Of a stretch of 64,000 nucleotides of DNA, positions 1 to 9,031 are shown in pieces. Below the pieces are notes generated by a model. That model was not told the DNA's origin. It saw only the letters and a program-made list of their open reading frames with translations, and did not search any database. This DNA comes from a virus. Lineage: Duplodnaviria; Caudoviricetes. Position numbers and translations under genes: made by a program. The stretch spans positions 6,746-70,745 of IMG/VR virus record IMGVR_UViG_3300022217_000169; one strand, 5' to 3'. Numbering within the stretch: position 1 is the first letter of the stretch; every line of letters starts with the position of its first letter.

Positions 1-380
1 AGATCACCAAATCTATCTTTTAATGATTGAATTACGTTTTTAGGTTTAGCAGCTCTATTATGACATAAATTAAGTTTTATATCCGGCCTTGTTAAAAAAT
101 AAACTTCTTGTTTAAGATCTTTTAATAATCTAAAATATTGTCCTGCCCATATTGAAGTATCTATAGTACTTTGTCCTATTATATTTCCATAAGATACTAT
201 AGTTTCTATGGCGCATTCAATTTTACTATATTCTATACATCTTTTTATAAGTACTTTTATCATATAATCATTATCTAACCAATTTTTTTGTTCTATTTCA
301 AAACAATTATCATCTGATAATTTTAATAATATATATGCACTTTTATATTGACCAGGATCTAAACCTAAAATATATTTCAT
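1..380 (-). CDS. RuvC-like Holliday junction resolvase (3' end outside window)
   Basis: Manual translation from ATG at 380: [16 protein letters not shown]...AIET..., matching the RuvC ILGxDPG catalytic motif; overlaps the sigma gene stop; runs off the window edge. Confidence 0.75.
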   Translation of the reverse strand, partial: MKYILGLDPGQYKSAYILLKLSDDNCFEIEQKNWLDNDYMIKVLIKRCIEYSKIECAIETIVSYGNIIGQSTIDTSIWAGQYFRLLKDLKQEVYFLTRPDIKLNLCHNRAAKPKNVIQSLKDRFGD

Positions 381-1339
381 GATCCAATTAAAGCCTTATA
401 TCTTACTCTTAATTTACTATTCTTTTTGATACTTCTGGTTATCAATCCTTGAATTTGTCTTATTCTTTCCCTTGTTAATTTAAAACGATTCCCTACTTCT
501 TCAAGTGTTCTTGTACCATTTTCATTTCCTAATCCGGTCCTCATTATATAAATTGCTTTATATTTTTCAGTTATTTTTCTTTCTGCAATCATCCAGTTAA
601 GATGTAATATAATATCTCTAATTAATTTATTTTTTTCAATTTTAGAATCAAAATTTTCAATACTATTATCAGTTAATTTTTCTTGTAAAGTAGTTTGTTT
701 ATTAGAATTTATATTGTTGAAATATATACTTGAAAAACTAACAGTATTACTAGTTCTAATAGAGTTAATAGTATATTCAATTCTTTCTTCAGAAAATTCA
801 GTAAGTTCAGATAATTCTTTTATATTTGGATCTCTATTGTTTTCTTCTCTAAATTTTTTAACTATTTTTATAATTCTATTAAAAGTTTCTAAAGTATGTA
901 CTGGTATTCTTATATTTCTTGATTTATCTTGTATAGCTCTAACAATTCCTTGCCTTATCCACCAAGTAGCATAAGTACTAAATTTATATCCCCTAGACCA
1001 ATCGAATTTTTCAACAGCTTTAATTAATCCAATATTACCTTCTTGAATTAGATCTTGAAAACTAAGCCCTCTATTAATATATTTTTTACCTACATTTATA
1101 ACTAATCTTAGATTAGATTCTATTAAAATTCTTTTAGCTTCTTCATCTCCTGAATCTTTTCTTTTTGTATATTCTATAACTTCTTCATCGGTTAGAAGTC
1201 CATAATCTTTTATACTATCTAAATATTCTTGTATGTCTGTATTTTGTCTTTCTCTTGATTTATTGCATACAGATTCATTACCAGTCATATATCCACAAAA
1301 CCTCTTCGTTTGAAGTATTATTATACTCAGGATTATCAT
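377..1339 (-). CDS. RpoD-like sigma70 family RNA polymerase sigma factor
   Basis: Regions 2.1-3.0: [47 protein letters not shown]; region 4: [19 protein letters not shown]. Confidence 0.95.
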   Translation of the reverse strand: MIILSIIILQTKRFCGYMTGNESVCNKSRERQNTDIQEYLDSIKDYGLLTDEEVIEYTKRKDSGDEEAKRILIESNLRLVINVGKKYINRGLSFQDLIQEGNIGLIKAVEKFDWSRGYKFSTYATWWIRQGIVRAIQDKSRNIRIPVHTLETFNRIIKIVKKFREENNRDPNIKELSELTEFSEERIEYTINSIRTSNTVSFSSIYFNNINSNKQTTLQEKLTDNSIENFDSKIEKNKLIRDIILHLNWMIAERKITEKYKAIYIMRTGLGNENGTRTLEEVGNRFKLTRERIRQIQGLITRSIKKNSKLRVRYKALIGS

Positions 1340-1364
1340 CTATATGAATAAAATCTTTTTAAAA

Positions 1365-1712
1365 TTATTCATCTTTCTTTTTCTTTATTAATTCGAGATC
1401 ATTTTCACCTATATGTGATAATCTTCTATGTGTAATATCATTTTTTTCTATTATATACAATATAGTACCTTTTCTACTTATAAAATTTGCTAATATTTTA
1501 AATCTATTACTATATTCCGGCTGAATTATTTGATATAATTCTTTAAATTTTAAATATTTAACTATATCACCTTTAACATATTTTGCATTTTCATTAATAT
1601 AATTTTTATTTAAAAAAGATATTTCATCATCTGTAAATTTAATTTCTGTTTCAAATTCTTTTTTCTTTTCATTTAATTCATTTAATGCATGTAAATATTC
1701 TTTTTTGGTCAT
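1365..1712 (-). CDS. hypothetical protein
   Basis: 115-aa ORF in a tightly packed minus-strand operon. Confidence 0.6.
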   Translation of the reverse strand: MTKKEYLHALNELNEKKKEFETEIKFTDDEISFLNKNYINENAKYVKGDIVKYLKFKELYQIIQPEYSNRFKILANFISRKGTILYIIEKNDITHRRLSHIGENDLELIKKKKDE

Positions 1713-2125
1713 TTAATGTTCTCTTTATTTGCATATTCATTTATAATTTCTAACATAGACTTAGATGGTTTTTTTGTAAATGTTGTAATTTCCCAATTAT
1801 TAAAAGGATCATAATTAACGCGAATTAATCCTCTTTCTTTTTTTATTTTATCAATTTCATCATTATGTCTTTTATCATTTTCATCTAAAATTTTGATTAT
1901 TTCATCATATTCTTTTTTATGTTTATTATAATATTTTTTAGCTTCTTTAGTCATTTATATCACCTAGATACTTTATAATACTATCTTTATTAATAGTAAA
2001 TTTTATTTTGTTTTTAAATTTTTCATTTAATAATCTTTCATAATATATTTTAATTTTTTTATAATATTCGTCTTTATTTATTTTATTACTATTTATATAA
2101 TCATCAATTATAATAAGATTTTCAT

Positions 2126-2812
2126 TCATTCTAAGATCTCCCCCATTCTATTTAAATAATCTTGATATCTCTTTCCTTTTATTCCACCGCCACTAGCAAC
2201 ATACCGCGGGTGGAAATTTGCAGCAAAAATTCTACTATTATATTTATATGGCGGTAATTTAACTAATTTACTTATAGTTTCATTATCGTTAATATAATTT
2301 TTTATATTTTTAAATACTGAAAATGCAGCAGTTTTACCAAGTAAAATAACTTTTATATCTTTATTAAGAAGAGTTATAAAAGATTTTAAATGTTCAATAC
2401 AATAATCACATTCTGATTCAGTTGGAGTTCTATTAATAAATTTATTTTTTTTAATAGAAACTGGACGACAACCAATTATATTAGCTATTGCATAATTTTT
2501 TAATAAAAGATCTTTTATAACTTCTCTTAATATTTTACCAGATGGTGCTCCAGGATAAAATGGTCTTTTATATAATACTTCTTGTTCTCCCCCGGCTTCA
2601 CCAATAAATAATATATCTATTAAATGTAATGATCCTTTATTAATTATATTATCAATTGAGCATTCAAAAGGCACATAAAATTTATCTAAAAAAGTTTTTA
2701 TATTTATATATAGATCGGGATGAATAAAATCAAAACGTTGTTTAGTTGGGCATCTTTCATTGCATTTATTAAAATCATGCTCGAATACAAATTCACTCAT
2801 TTCATATTCCAA
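2126..2812 (-). CDS. uracil-DNA glycosylase family 4
   Basis: ILFIGEAGGEQE...PF..GAPSGKIL, NIIGCRP...NRTPT..E...C, and C-terminal HP motifs. Confidence 0.85.
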   Translation of the reverse strand: MEYEMSEFVFEHDFNKCNERCPTKQRFDFIHPDLYINIKTFLDKFYVPFECSIDNIINKGSLHLIDILFIGEAGGEQEVLYKRPFYPGAPSGKILREVIKDLLLKNYAIANIIGCRPVSIKKNKFINRTPTESECDYCIEHLKSFITLLNKDIKVILLGKTAAFSVFKNIKNYINDNETISKLVKLPPYKYNSRIFAANFHPRYVASGGGIKGKRYQDYLNRMGEILE

Positions 2813-3000
2813 AATCTATATTTAAATTAATATGTTTCTCATTGCCAGTTTTGTAAAGAGTTATTTGTTTAATAGTGCTATTAGTTTTCTTTTCAAATTC
2901 ATCAAGTAAATTTATTATATCATTTTTCAATTCTTCTTCTAAATCATATATTTTATTAATTGTAAGCTCTTTTACTTTCATTCTAACTCCATATTTATAT

Positions 3001-3130
3001 TATGCACCTACGGATTCGAACCGTAACATGGCCTGGTACTAAGGCCAATCAGCCAAGTCGTTCCATAGCCACGGTGAGCATTCCAAGACAGCTTAGTTTC
3101 CATATCTGCATTTATCTCACTAAGGTGCAT
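3001..3130 (-). ncRNA. tRNA-like structured RNA (~130 nt)
   Basis: Acceptor stem ATGCACC/GGTGCAT, canonical T-arm TACGG-TTCGAAT-CCGTA, D-like stem GTGAG/CTCAC around a long insert, extra arm TGGCCT/AGGCCA; no canonical anticodon arm; no encoded CCA. Confidence 0.7.
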
Positions 3131-3136
3131 AAAGTT

Positions 3137-3565
3137 TTAATTTTCCAATATTTTTTTATTAAATTCCCCAGTTCTATCAATTATTATACCAGTATTGTTT
3201 ATTACTTCACGAGCATTATTATCAAAAATTAAATCACAATCGAGTCCTTTTATATTAGTTATTTCAAGATCTGGTGGAAATCCATTTATTAATAACCATT
3301 TTCTTATAGGCGGAATAGTCTCTGGTTTATATGCTCTCGCAGTAAATATTTTTATTTTTATTTCCTTTTTTAACCAGTACAAAACCCATTTTTTCATTAA
3401 AGGAATTGGATTGCCAATATCACCTATATTCCCCCATCTTTCATAATAAGCTAATGTTCCATCAAGATCAACATAATAAACTAATTGCTTTTCTTTATAA
3501 TCATGGTCTATCAAAGGATTTGCAGGATTTGGATTTCTTGGTTTATCTATTCCTTTTATTTCCAT
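3137..3565 (-). CDS. HAD-family (polynucleotide 3'-) phosphatase
   Basis: VDLDGTLA (DxDxT), IFTARA and terminal IFDNNA motifs, as in Pnkp-type phosphatase domains. Confidence 0.8.
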   Translation of the reverse strand: MEIKGIDKPRNPNPANPLIDHDYKEKQLVYYVDLDGTLAYYERWGNIGDIGNPIPLMKKWVLYWLKKEIKIKIFTARAYKPETIPPIRKWLLINGFPPDLEITNIKGLDCDLIFDNNAREVINNTGIIIDRTGEFNKKILEN

Positions 3566-4134
3566 TTTTTATTCCTATTTATTCCGAAATCTTTTCCTTT
3601 TATTTTTATCATTCTCCCGTCTAGATGATGCCATACAATACCTTCGATATCATTTTGTAAAAAGAAATTTTTTAATCCATCAAAGTCTCTTGGTACATTT
3701 TTTATTTCTTCGCATCCGTGTTTAATTAAAATATGTTTTTCAAATTTTTCTGGATTCTTTTGAATTTTAGGACCACATAATTCATATGTACCATCTATCC
3801 AATCTAATTCGCATGTAAAATGTGGAATAATACTATTATAAGCTTCCATATGATATTTATCTGAGGATCTTACTGGCCTCCATCCTTCCTGTTTCCCTGT
3901 AACTGGATTTATTTCTGTTGCTGGTATAAAATCTCCTGGTGGAGTTTTATCTTTTTTAACTGTATATCTTTTAAAAAATCTACCATTTTTTATCAAACAA
4001 CATGTTCCATCAAATTTTCTTGTTGCAATACCCTCTCCATCTATTACCCATTTAGCTTCTTTATTTATTTGATTAATTATAGGTTTTTCTTTTTTTGTAT
4101 AATCTCTTTTAAATAATGATGGTATCTTTTTCAT
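3556..4134 (-). CDS. RLIG1/DUF5565-like ATP-dependent RNA ligase
   Basis: Motif I ATRKFDGTCC, YELCGPKIQKNP, IEGIVW and KIKGKDF nucleotidyltransferase-type motifs. Confidence 0.75.
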   Translation of the reverse strand: MKKIPSLFKRDYTKKEKPIINQINKEAKWVIDGEGIATRKFDGTCCLIKNGRFFKRYTVKKDKTPPGDFIPATEINPVTGKQEGWRPVRSSDKYHMEAYNSIIPHFTCELDWIDGTYELCGPKIQKNPEKFEKHILIKHGCEEIKNVPRDFDGLKNFFLQNDIEGIVWHHLDGRMIKIKGKDFGINRNKKWK

Positions 4135-4147
4135 ATTCTTCTCCTGT

Positions 4148-4399
4148 TTATATTATTAATGCTCCACTTATTAATTTTATTTTTTCTTCAGGCAATGTTA
4201 CAAATTGTGATAAGCAAAAACCGCAGAAAAATTCTATTCCTTCATAAAATTCATGATATGGTGTATACTCATATATAGCAATAGTTTCATTTATTTTATT
4301 ACATACTGGACATTTAAATGAAATTGGTAACTTTTTGTTACCTATCGAGTTACTTATCCAATAAAAATCAAAAACAGTTTTCTTGTGGTTTTTTTTCAA
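4148..4399 (-). CDS. small Zn-ribbon protein
   Basis: CPVC...CGFC. Confidence 0.55.
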   Translation of the reverse strand: MKKNHKKTVFDFYWISNSIGNKKLPISFKCPVCNKINETIAIYEYTPYHEFYEGIEFFCGFCLSQFVTLPEEKIKLISGALII

Positions 4400-4613
4400 T
4401 TATTACTGGTACTCCTACTTCACATTCTTTTATTACATCATAACTTGCAGCCATAGACAAACCATCTCTTGTATCTATATCGTAACTATCATGTTTTATG
4501 CCTTTTGCTTCAAAATACTTTTTAGTTGTAAAACAATTACAACACCCTTTTTTATAAAAAATTATCCATTCTTTATTTTTATCAAAACTTGCTAAATTTA
4601 TTAAATCATCCAT
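4368..4613 (-). CDS. glutaredoxin/NrdH-like protein
   Basis: FYKKGCCNC redox-type motif, later VPVI. Confidence 0.65.
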   Translation of the reverse strand: MDDLINLASFDKNKEWIIFYKKGCCNCFTTKKYFEAKGIKHDSYDIDTRDGLSMAASYDVIKECEVGVPVIIEKKPQENCF

Positions 4614-4810
4614 TTTATTTTATTTAATTATCATTATTATTACAGCCCATATCAACCATGATAACAAAGATATTATTATTCCAGCCGCGGCTCTTAATGG
4701 ATCTGCTCCACAATAGGGACCACCAGATCTATCATCTTTAAAACCTAAATATAAAGCTATTATTGTTATTATTAAAGGGAATGCCCAATATGGTATTGTT
4801 ATTGACATAT

Positions 4811-5362
4811 TTAATAAGCTCTTACTTCCCAAATTATTGTATTACGATTAGGAATAGTTCCAGTATAATGATTATAGATACTTAATTCAATTATATGATT
4901 TGGATAAGTTTCTAATAATTCAATTGTATCATTGTAACTATTAATATCCATTATTCTTTTTAAAAGTAACGAAACTTGTAATCCATGGATGACTTTACCA
5001 TCTTTTTTAAGTGCTATTCTTATTTTTTCTTTTAAAAAAGAATGGTAAAAATAATATCCATATTCATTTATAGTTAATTCACCTTGAACTATTATATTAT
5101 TGTCGTTTTGTGATTGATTTATAAATATATTTTCTTCTTTGGCTCCTTGATTTACCCATTTATTTATTGTTGGTTTTATCATATTTTTAGTAATATCATA
5201 AGCTAAAAAATTCTTACCAGATAATTTATTTCTATCTTTATATCTTAATGTAACTATTTCATTTTTAGGAATAAAATTTATATTCTTATAGTATTTACCT
5301 GTATTCCCAAAAAGACCTTTTTGAAGAGCTTTATACATTTTAGTTTTAGTATTAATTATCAT
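4811..5362 (-). CDS. hypothetical protein
   Basis: 183-aa ORF in operon. Confidence 0.65.
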   Translation of the reverse strand: MIINTKTKMYKALQKGLFGNTGKYYKNINFIPKNEIVTLRYKDRNKLSGKNFLAYDITKNMIKPTINKWVNQGAKEENIFINQSQNDNNIIVQGELTINEYGYYFYHSFLKEKIRIALKKDGKVIHGLQVSLLLKRIMDINSYNDTIELLETYPNHIIELSIYNHYTGTIPNRNTIIWEVRAY

Positions 5363-5475
5363 TTAAAATCTCATTTGCTAATCTAAGAACTTTACTATGT
5401 TTTAAAGCATTTTTTGTATCACCAAATTTAAGATGAATAGATAATAATTCATCTTTCATATTTAAATCTCAATTC

Positions 5476-6015
5476 TTAATATATTATATAAAATTCTTTA
5501 TTTAATTTATTTAAAATATCCAATACTCGAATAACAAATTTTCTTGCATCTGGTCCTGTTCCATTATAAAGTCCTATAGCTTTAATTAAATTATAATTTG
5601 ATATTTTTAATTTATCTCTAAAAATACACAAACCAGCGGAAATATTATATTGTATATTAAATAATTGTTCTTTATTAAAATTTATTCCACAACATTTTAA
5701 AGTATATACTTGCATTAATCCTTTAGCTCCTACAGGTGATACAGCTTTAGGATTAAAATGAGATTCAACTTCCATAATAGCAAGTGTAATTATCCATGGA
5801 ATATTATAATATATTGATTCGTTTATAATAAATAAAGATATGTCCTTTAATTGATTTTCATTCAATGATGGATTTATTTTACTTACATATTTTTCTATTT
5901 TATTATTTAAATTTATTAATTCAAGATTTGATGATTTACATTCTTTAATTAATAAAAATAAACAGAATAAAAGTATTATATAAATAATAACAATTGGTTT
6001 ATTCATTTTTTTCAC
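5476..6015 (-). CDS. lytic transglycosylase (SLT) endolysin with N-terminal membrane anchor
   Basis: AIMEVESHFNPKAVSPVGAKGLMQV and YNG motifs; hydrophobic N-terminus. Confidence 0.88.
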   Translation of the reverse strand: MKKMNKPIVIIYIILLFCLFLLIKECKSSNLELINLNNKIEKYVSKINPSLNENQLKDISLFIINESIYYNIPWIITLAIMEVESHFNPKAVSPVGAKGLMQVYTLKCCGINFNKEQLFNIQYNISAGLCIFRDKLKISNYNLIKAIGLYNGTGPDARKFVIRVLDILNKLNKEFYIIY

Positions 6016-6409
6016 TTTTAATAGTGCTTTCTATTGTATGATCAATATATTTATCTACATTACATACAACAGATTTAATATCTTTTATTACTTTATCACT
6101 AACTATGAAATTAATTTGTTCTTTAGCTAAGTTTTTAACTGCTTTCTCTTGTTTAGCGCTTAATTTCGGCTTTCCACTCAAAGCTCTATTTTTTTCTTTA
6201 GTTTTTTCACAAACTGTCTGATTTATAGATTTAACAACATTATATATAATATCATCAAGTATCTTTAATGATTCATTGCCTATTATTTCTTCTGTTTTTC
6301 TTCTTAATTTATTAATATATAATGTAATAATAGATGCTAATAATAGAATAATAGCAATAGTAATTGATTGAAAAATTTCTTGTAATATTTCTGTTACTAT
6401 AGGGTTCAC
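5999..6409 (-). CDS. putative holin (LL-H-like)
   Basis: Single N-terminal TM segment, charged C-terminus, NVVKSINQT segment; directly upstream of the SLT gene. Confidence 0.55.
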   Translation of the reverse strand: MNPIVTEILQEIFQSITIAIILLLASIITLYINKLRRKTEEIIGNESLKILDDIIYNVVKSINQTVCEKTKEKNRALSGKPKLSAKQEKAVKNLAKEQINFIVSDKVIKDIKSVVCNVDKYIDHTIESTIKSEKNE

Positions 6410-6424
6410 TTTTATTCTCCTATT

Positions 6425-6493
6425 TTAAAAAAGGCGAAGATTATCATTTCCAATCCCCGCCTTTGCCATGAAAAGAGGTGTATAAGATTATAT
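6425..6493 (-). ncRNA. orphan promoter-seed-terminator small RNA
   Basis: Behind TTGATA-17-TATACT; contains ACACCUCUUUUC, then stem AAAGGCGGGGAU/AUCUUCGCCUUU and a U-run. Confidence 0.65.
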
Positions 6494-6499
6494 ACTAAT

Positions 6500-6528
6500 A
6501 GTATATCATATTTTTAAATTTATATCAA
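6500..6528 (-). promoter_or_regulatory. sigma70 promoter
   Basis: TTGATA (6528-6523), 17-nt spacer, extended TG-n-TATACT (6505-6500). Confidence 0.75.
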
Positions 6529-6693
6529 TGTTTTTTTACGATTTAATTTATATTCTTTAATTAAATCAATTTTTGATTTAGTTTCTATAGATACAAAAAC
6601 TGATAACCAACAAAGAAATATAATCACTGATTTAATAAATATTATTGTAATGAAACAATAAGTCATAATTTTTAAGAATAACATCATAAATCC

Positions 6694-7590
6694 TTAACAT
6701 AAAATTTGTGGAAAATCAAACCTATTTTCAAGATTACTATGTTCTGGCATCTCTTTGCAATATTTGGATACAGGACAATAATTTTCACATTTTCTACCGC
6801 CCCAAGTTTCTTTATTATTACACAATGGCGACCACATTAATGCTATTGCTGTTCTCAGGGTTTTAGCTTTTTTATTGAAATAATCTAAAACATATTTTCT
6901 ATCTAAAATTGGTATATCAATTACTACAATATTTTTATCTATTCCATACGTGGCGGCTGCTTTCAATCCACCATCTCTTACTATTATTTCAATTTTAATC
7001 TTTTTTACTGGACGACCACTATCTTCAAGCCATATAGCATATCGATTAGTTTGTAATATCCATTCCCACATATCAACCGCGGATTGATCTTGGTTCCATA
7101 CAGTTACTTGTTTTATATCTCCTTTTTTATATCCTCTACCAGATTTTTTATATCTTTCTCCCAATGGATCACTTATTTTTATGCTTACTAATCCTAAAGC
7201 TTTTTTAACTTTATAAGATCCACTATTTTTATAATCCCACAAAGTAAAGTTTTTTGGACTATAATAATCAGCAATTCCACTTTGAATTCTATTAGCAAAA
7301 GAAATCTCACTAGTTCCTTCTGTATCGTTATCTTCCAATGATTTATGCACTTTATTCCCAAGTAATATCCATGCTAATTTTTGGATATCCTCATAGTAAT
7401 CTTTAAATATTTTTAATAAAGTATATCTAGTTCCGGTTATTAATTGTGTTGTACTTGGTAAACCAGTCCACGGTCTTTGTTTTGAAAGTATTGATAAAGT
7501 AGGTAATGAAACACAATGATTTTTACAATTTTCCATACAGTCTTTAAATAAAACTTCTTCTCCGTTAGTGCAAATAAATCCTACTTGCAT
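6694..7590 (-). CDS. Cas4-like PD-(D/E)XK nuclease
   Basis: Cys cluster CMENCKNHC at the N-terminus and CNN...C..YCPVSKYC at the C-terminus; SGIADYY...WDYKNSG catalytic motif. Confidence 0.75.
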   Translation of the reverse strand: MQVGFICTNGEEVLFKDCMENCKNHCVSLPTLSILSKQRPWTGLPSTTQLITGTRYTLLKIFKDYYEDIQKLAWILLGNKVHKSLEDNDTEGTSEISFANRIQSGIADYYSPKNFTLWDYKNSGSYKVKKALGLVSIKISDPLGERYKKSGRGYKKGDIKQVTVWNQDQSAVDMWEWILQTNRYAIWLEDSGRPVKKIKIEIIVRDGGLKAAATYGIDKNIVVIDIPILDRKYVLDYFNKKAKTLRTAIALMWSPLCNNKETWGGRKCENYCPVSKYCKEMPEHSNLENRFDFPQILC

Positions 7591-8556
7591 TTTAAATTTT
7601 CTCCTCTAATTTATAAAGTTCTCATCTATCAACTTCTATTAAATAATCTCCCATAGATTTTACAAGTAATTTTAATATATGTTGAAAAACTGATTCAGGT
7701 CTTTTCCAAGTATTTTAATCGCTTCTTTAAATGTCATGTTTATTCTTCTTTATTATTAAAAGGAATCCAATCATTTTCGTTATCACCTATTATTAAAACA
7801 TTTTGTGGTGAATCTATTCCCACATTGTCTTGTATTGGTTGATCATATAAATGGCCCCATGGTCCAAGTTTATTATCAATAATATCTAATTTTAAATAAG
7901 CATTAGGGTTGGCCCAAATAGCTTTTTTTACTTTATTAATTTTTTTAGAGGCTAATTCAATTAATATCATTTTTACCCTTGTTATTTTATAAATATATTA
8001 TTAATTTTTTAAAACCAAGATCTAATACAACCAAAAATGAAAGTAAAAAAATATTATTAATAAAGTTATCAATAATATTTTATAATTATATGATATCTTA
8101 TTATAAATTTTAAAAAATATAAATTCAATAAAACACCACATACAACTAATAATCATAAATAAATTAAAAAATTTATTCATTTTTATTCTACATATTTTAT
8201 TTTTATTTCTATTATTCCAGATTTTAAAATACACATTTTACTTGTATCATCTGTAGCATCGATAGTATTCCATGTAAGAAACTGGCCTTCATCTTTAATA
8301 TTTATACATCTTTTATAAATATTAAGCTTTCTACCTGAACATGATTTATGAATAATAGTACCAATATTACCAAGTATTTTTGGCTCTTTTTGAATCACAT
8401 ATTTGTTTTGTTTTTCTATTTTTTCGATCTTTTTTGAAAAAGTAGAATGATTTATAATACCAAAAAAAACAAATAAAATAAAAGTTATAATAAAAAACAT
8501 AGTAAGAGAAAAAAATATTGATCTTTGATTATTCATATTAACTCCATTTTATTTTT

Positions 8557-8597
8557 TTTTGCTGTGATTAATAATAATGTCATTAATCACAGCAAAA
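8557..8597. terminator. 16-bp perfect inverted repeat between genes
   Basis: TTTTGCTGTGATTAAT / ATTAATCACAGCAAAA. Confidence 0.6.
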
Positions 8598-8604
8598 TTA
8601 TTTT

Positions 8605-9003
8605 TTATAAATCGTCAATAATTTTTAACAATTCTTCTCTGGGCATATTCTTATATTGTTCTTTTTCTTGATTATATAATATTTCCATTAATTCTTGTTT
8701 TTTCTTAGATTTTTCTACTGCTTCTTCCCTCTCAAGTTCTATTTTGAGTTCTAAGATTTCTTCTTCTTCAGTCTTTTTTATAGATTCTGTACCGTCCTCA
8801 TCGATGGAATCACATTCAATTGATCGTAATTCACGATATTTTTTCAATTCTTGATAGAGTTCTTGATGAATTTCTTTTAATCCTTTTTCACCCATTTCCT
8901 TTTCTTCTTTTGAAACAAATAATGGTGCATACCATAAATCTTCTGTCGGGCATAATCCTTTGTAATTAAAACGCAATTTAAGCCTTGATGCTTTTTCAAA
9001 CAT
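8605..9003 (-). CDS. conserved phage protein (MFEKASRLKLRF type)
   Basis: N-terminus recognisable as a recurring phage family, found next to the large protein below. Confidence 0.65.
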   Translation of the reverse strand: MFEKASRLKLRFNYKGLCPTEDLWYAPLFVSKEEKEMGEKGLKEIHQELYQELKKYRELRSIECDSIDEDGTESIKKTEEEEILELKIELEREEAVEKSKKKQELMEILYNQEKEQYKNMPREELLKIIDDL

Positions 9004-9031
9004 TTTTCTCTCCTATGTTTGATTATTAATA

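Noticed and set aside
3002-3232. 76-aa plus-strand ORF
   Set aside because: Antisense to the tRNA-like RNA and the phosphatase gene; no SD
6694-7590. Cas4 as evidence of a CRISPR-Cas locus
   Set aside because: No cas1/cas2, effector genes or array; solo Cas4-like nucleases are common in phages
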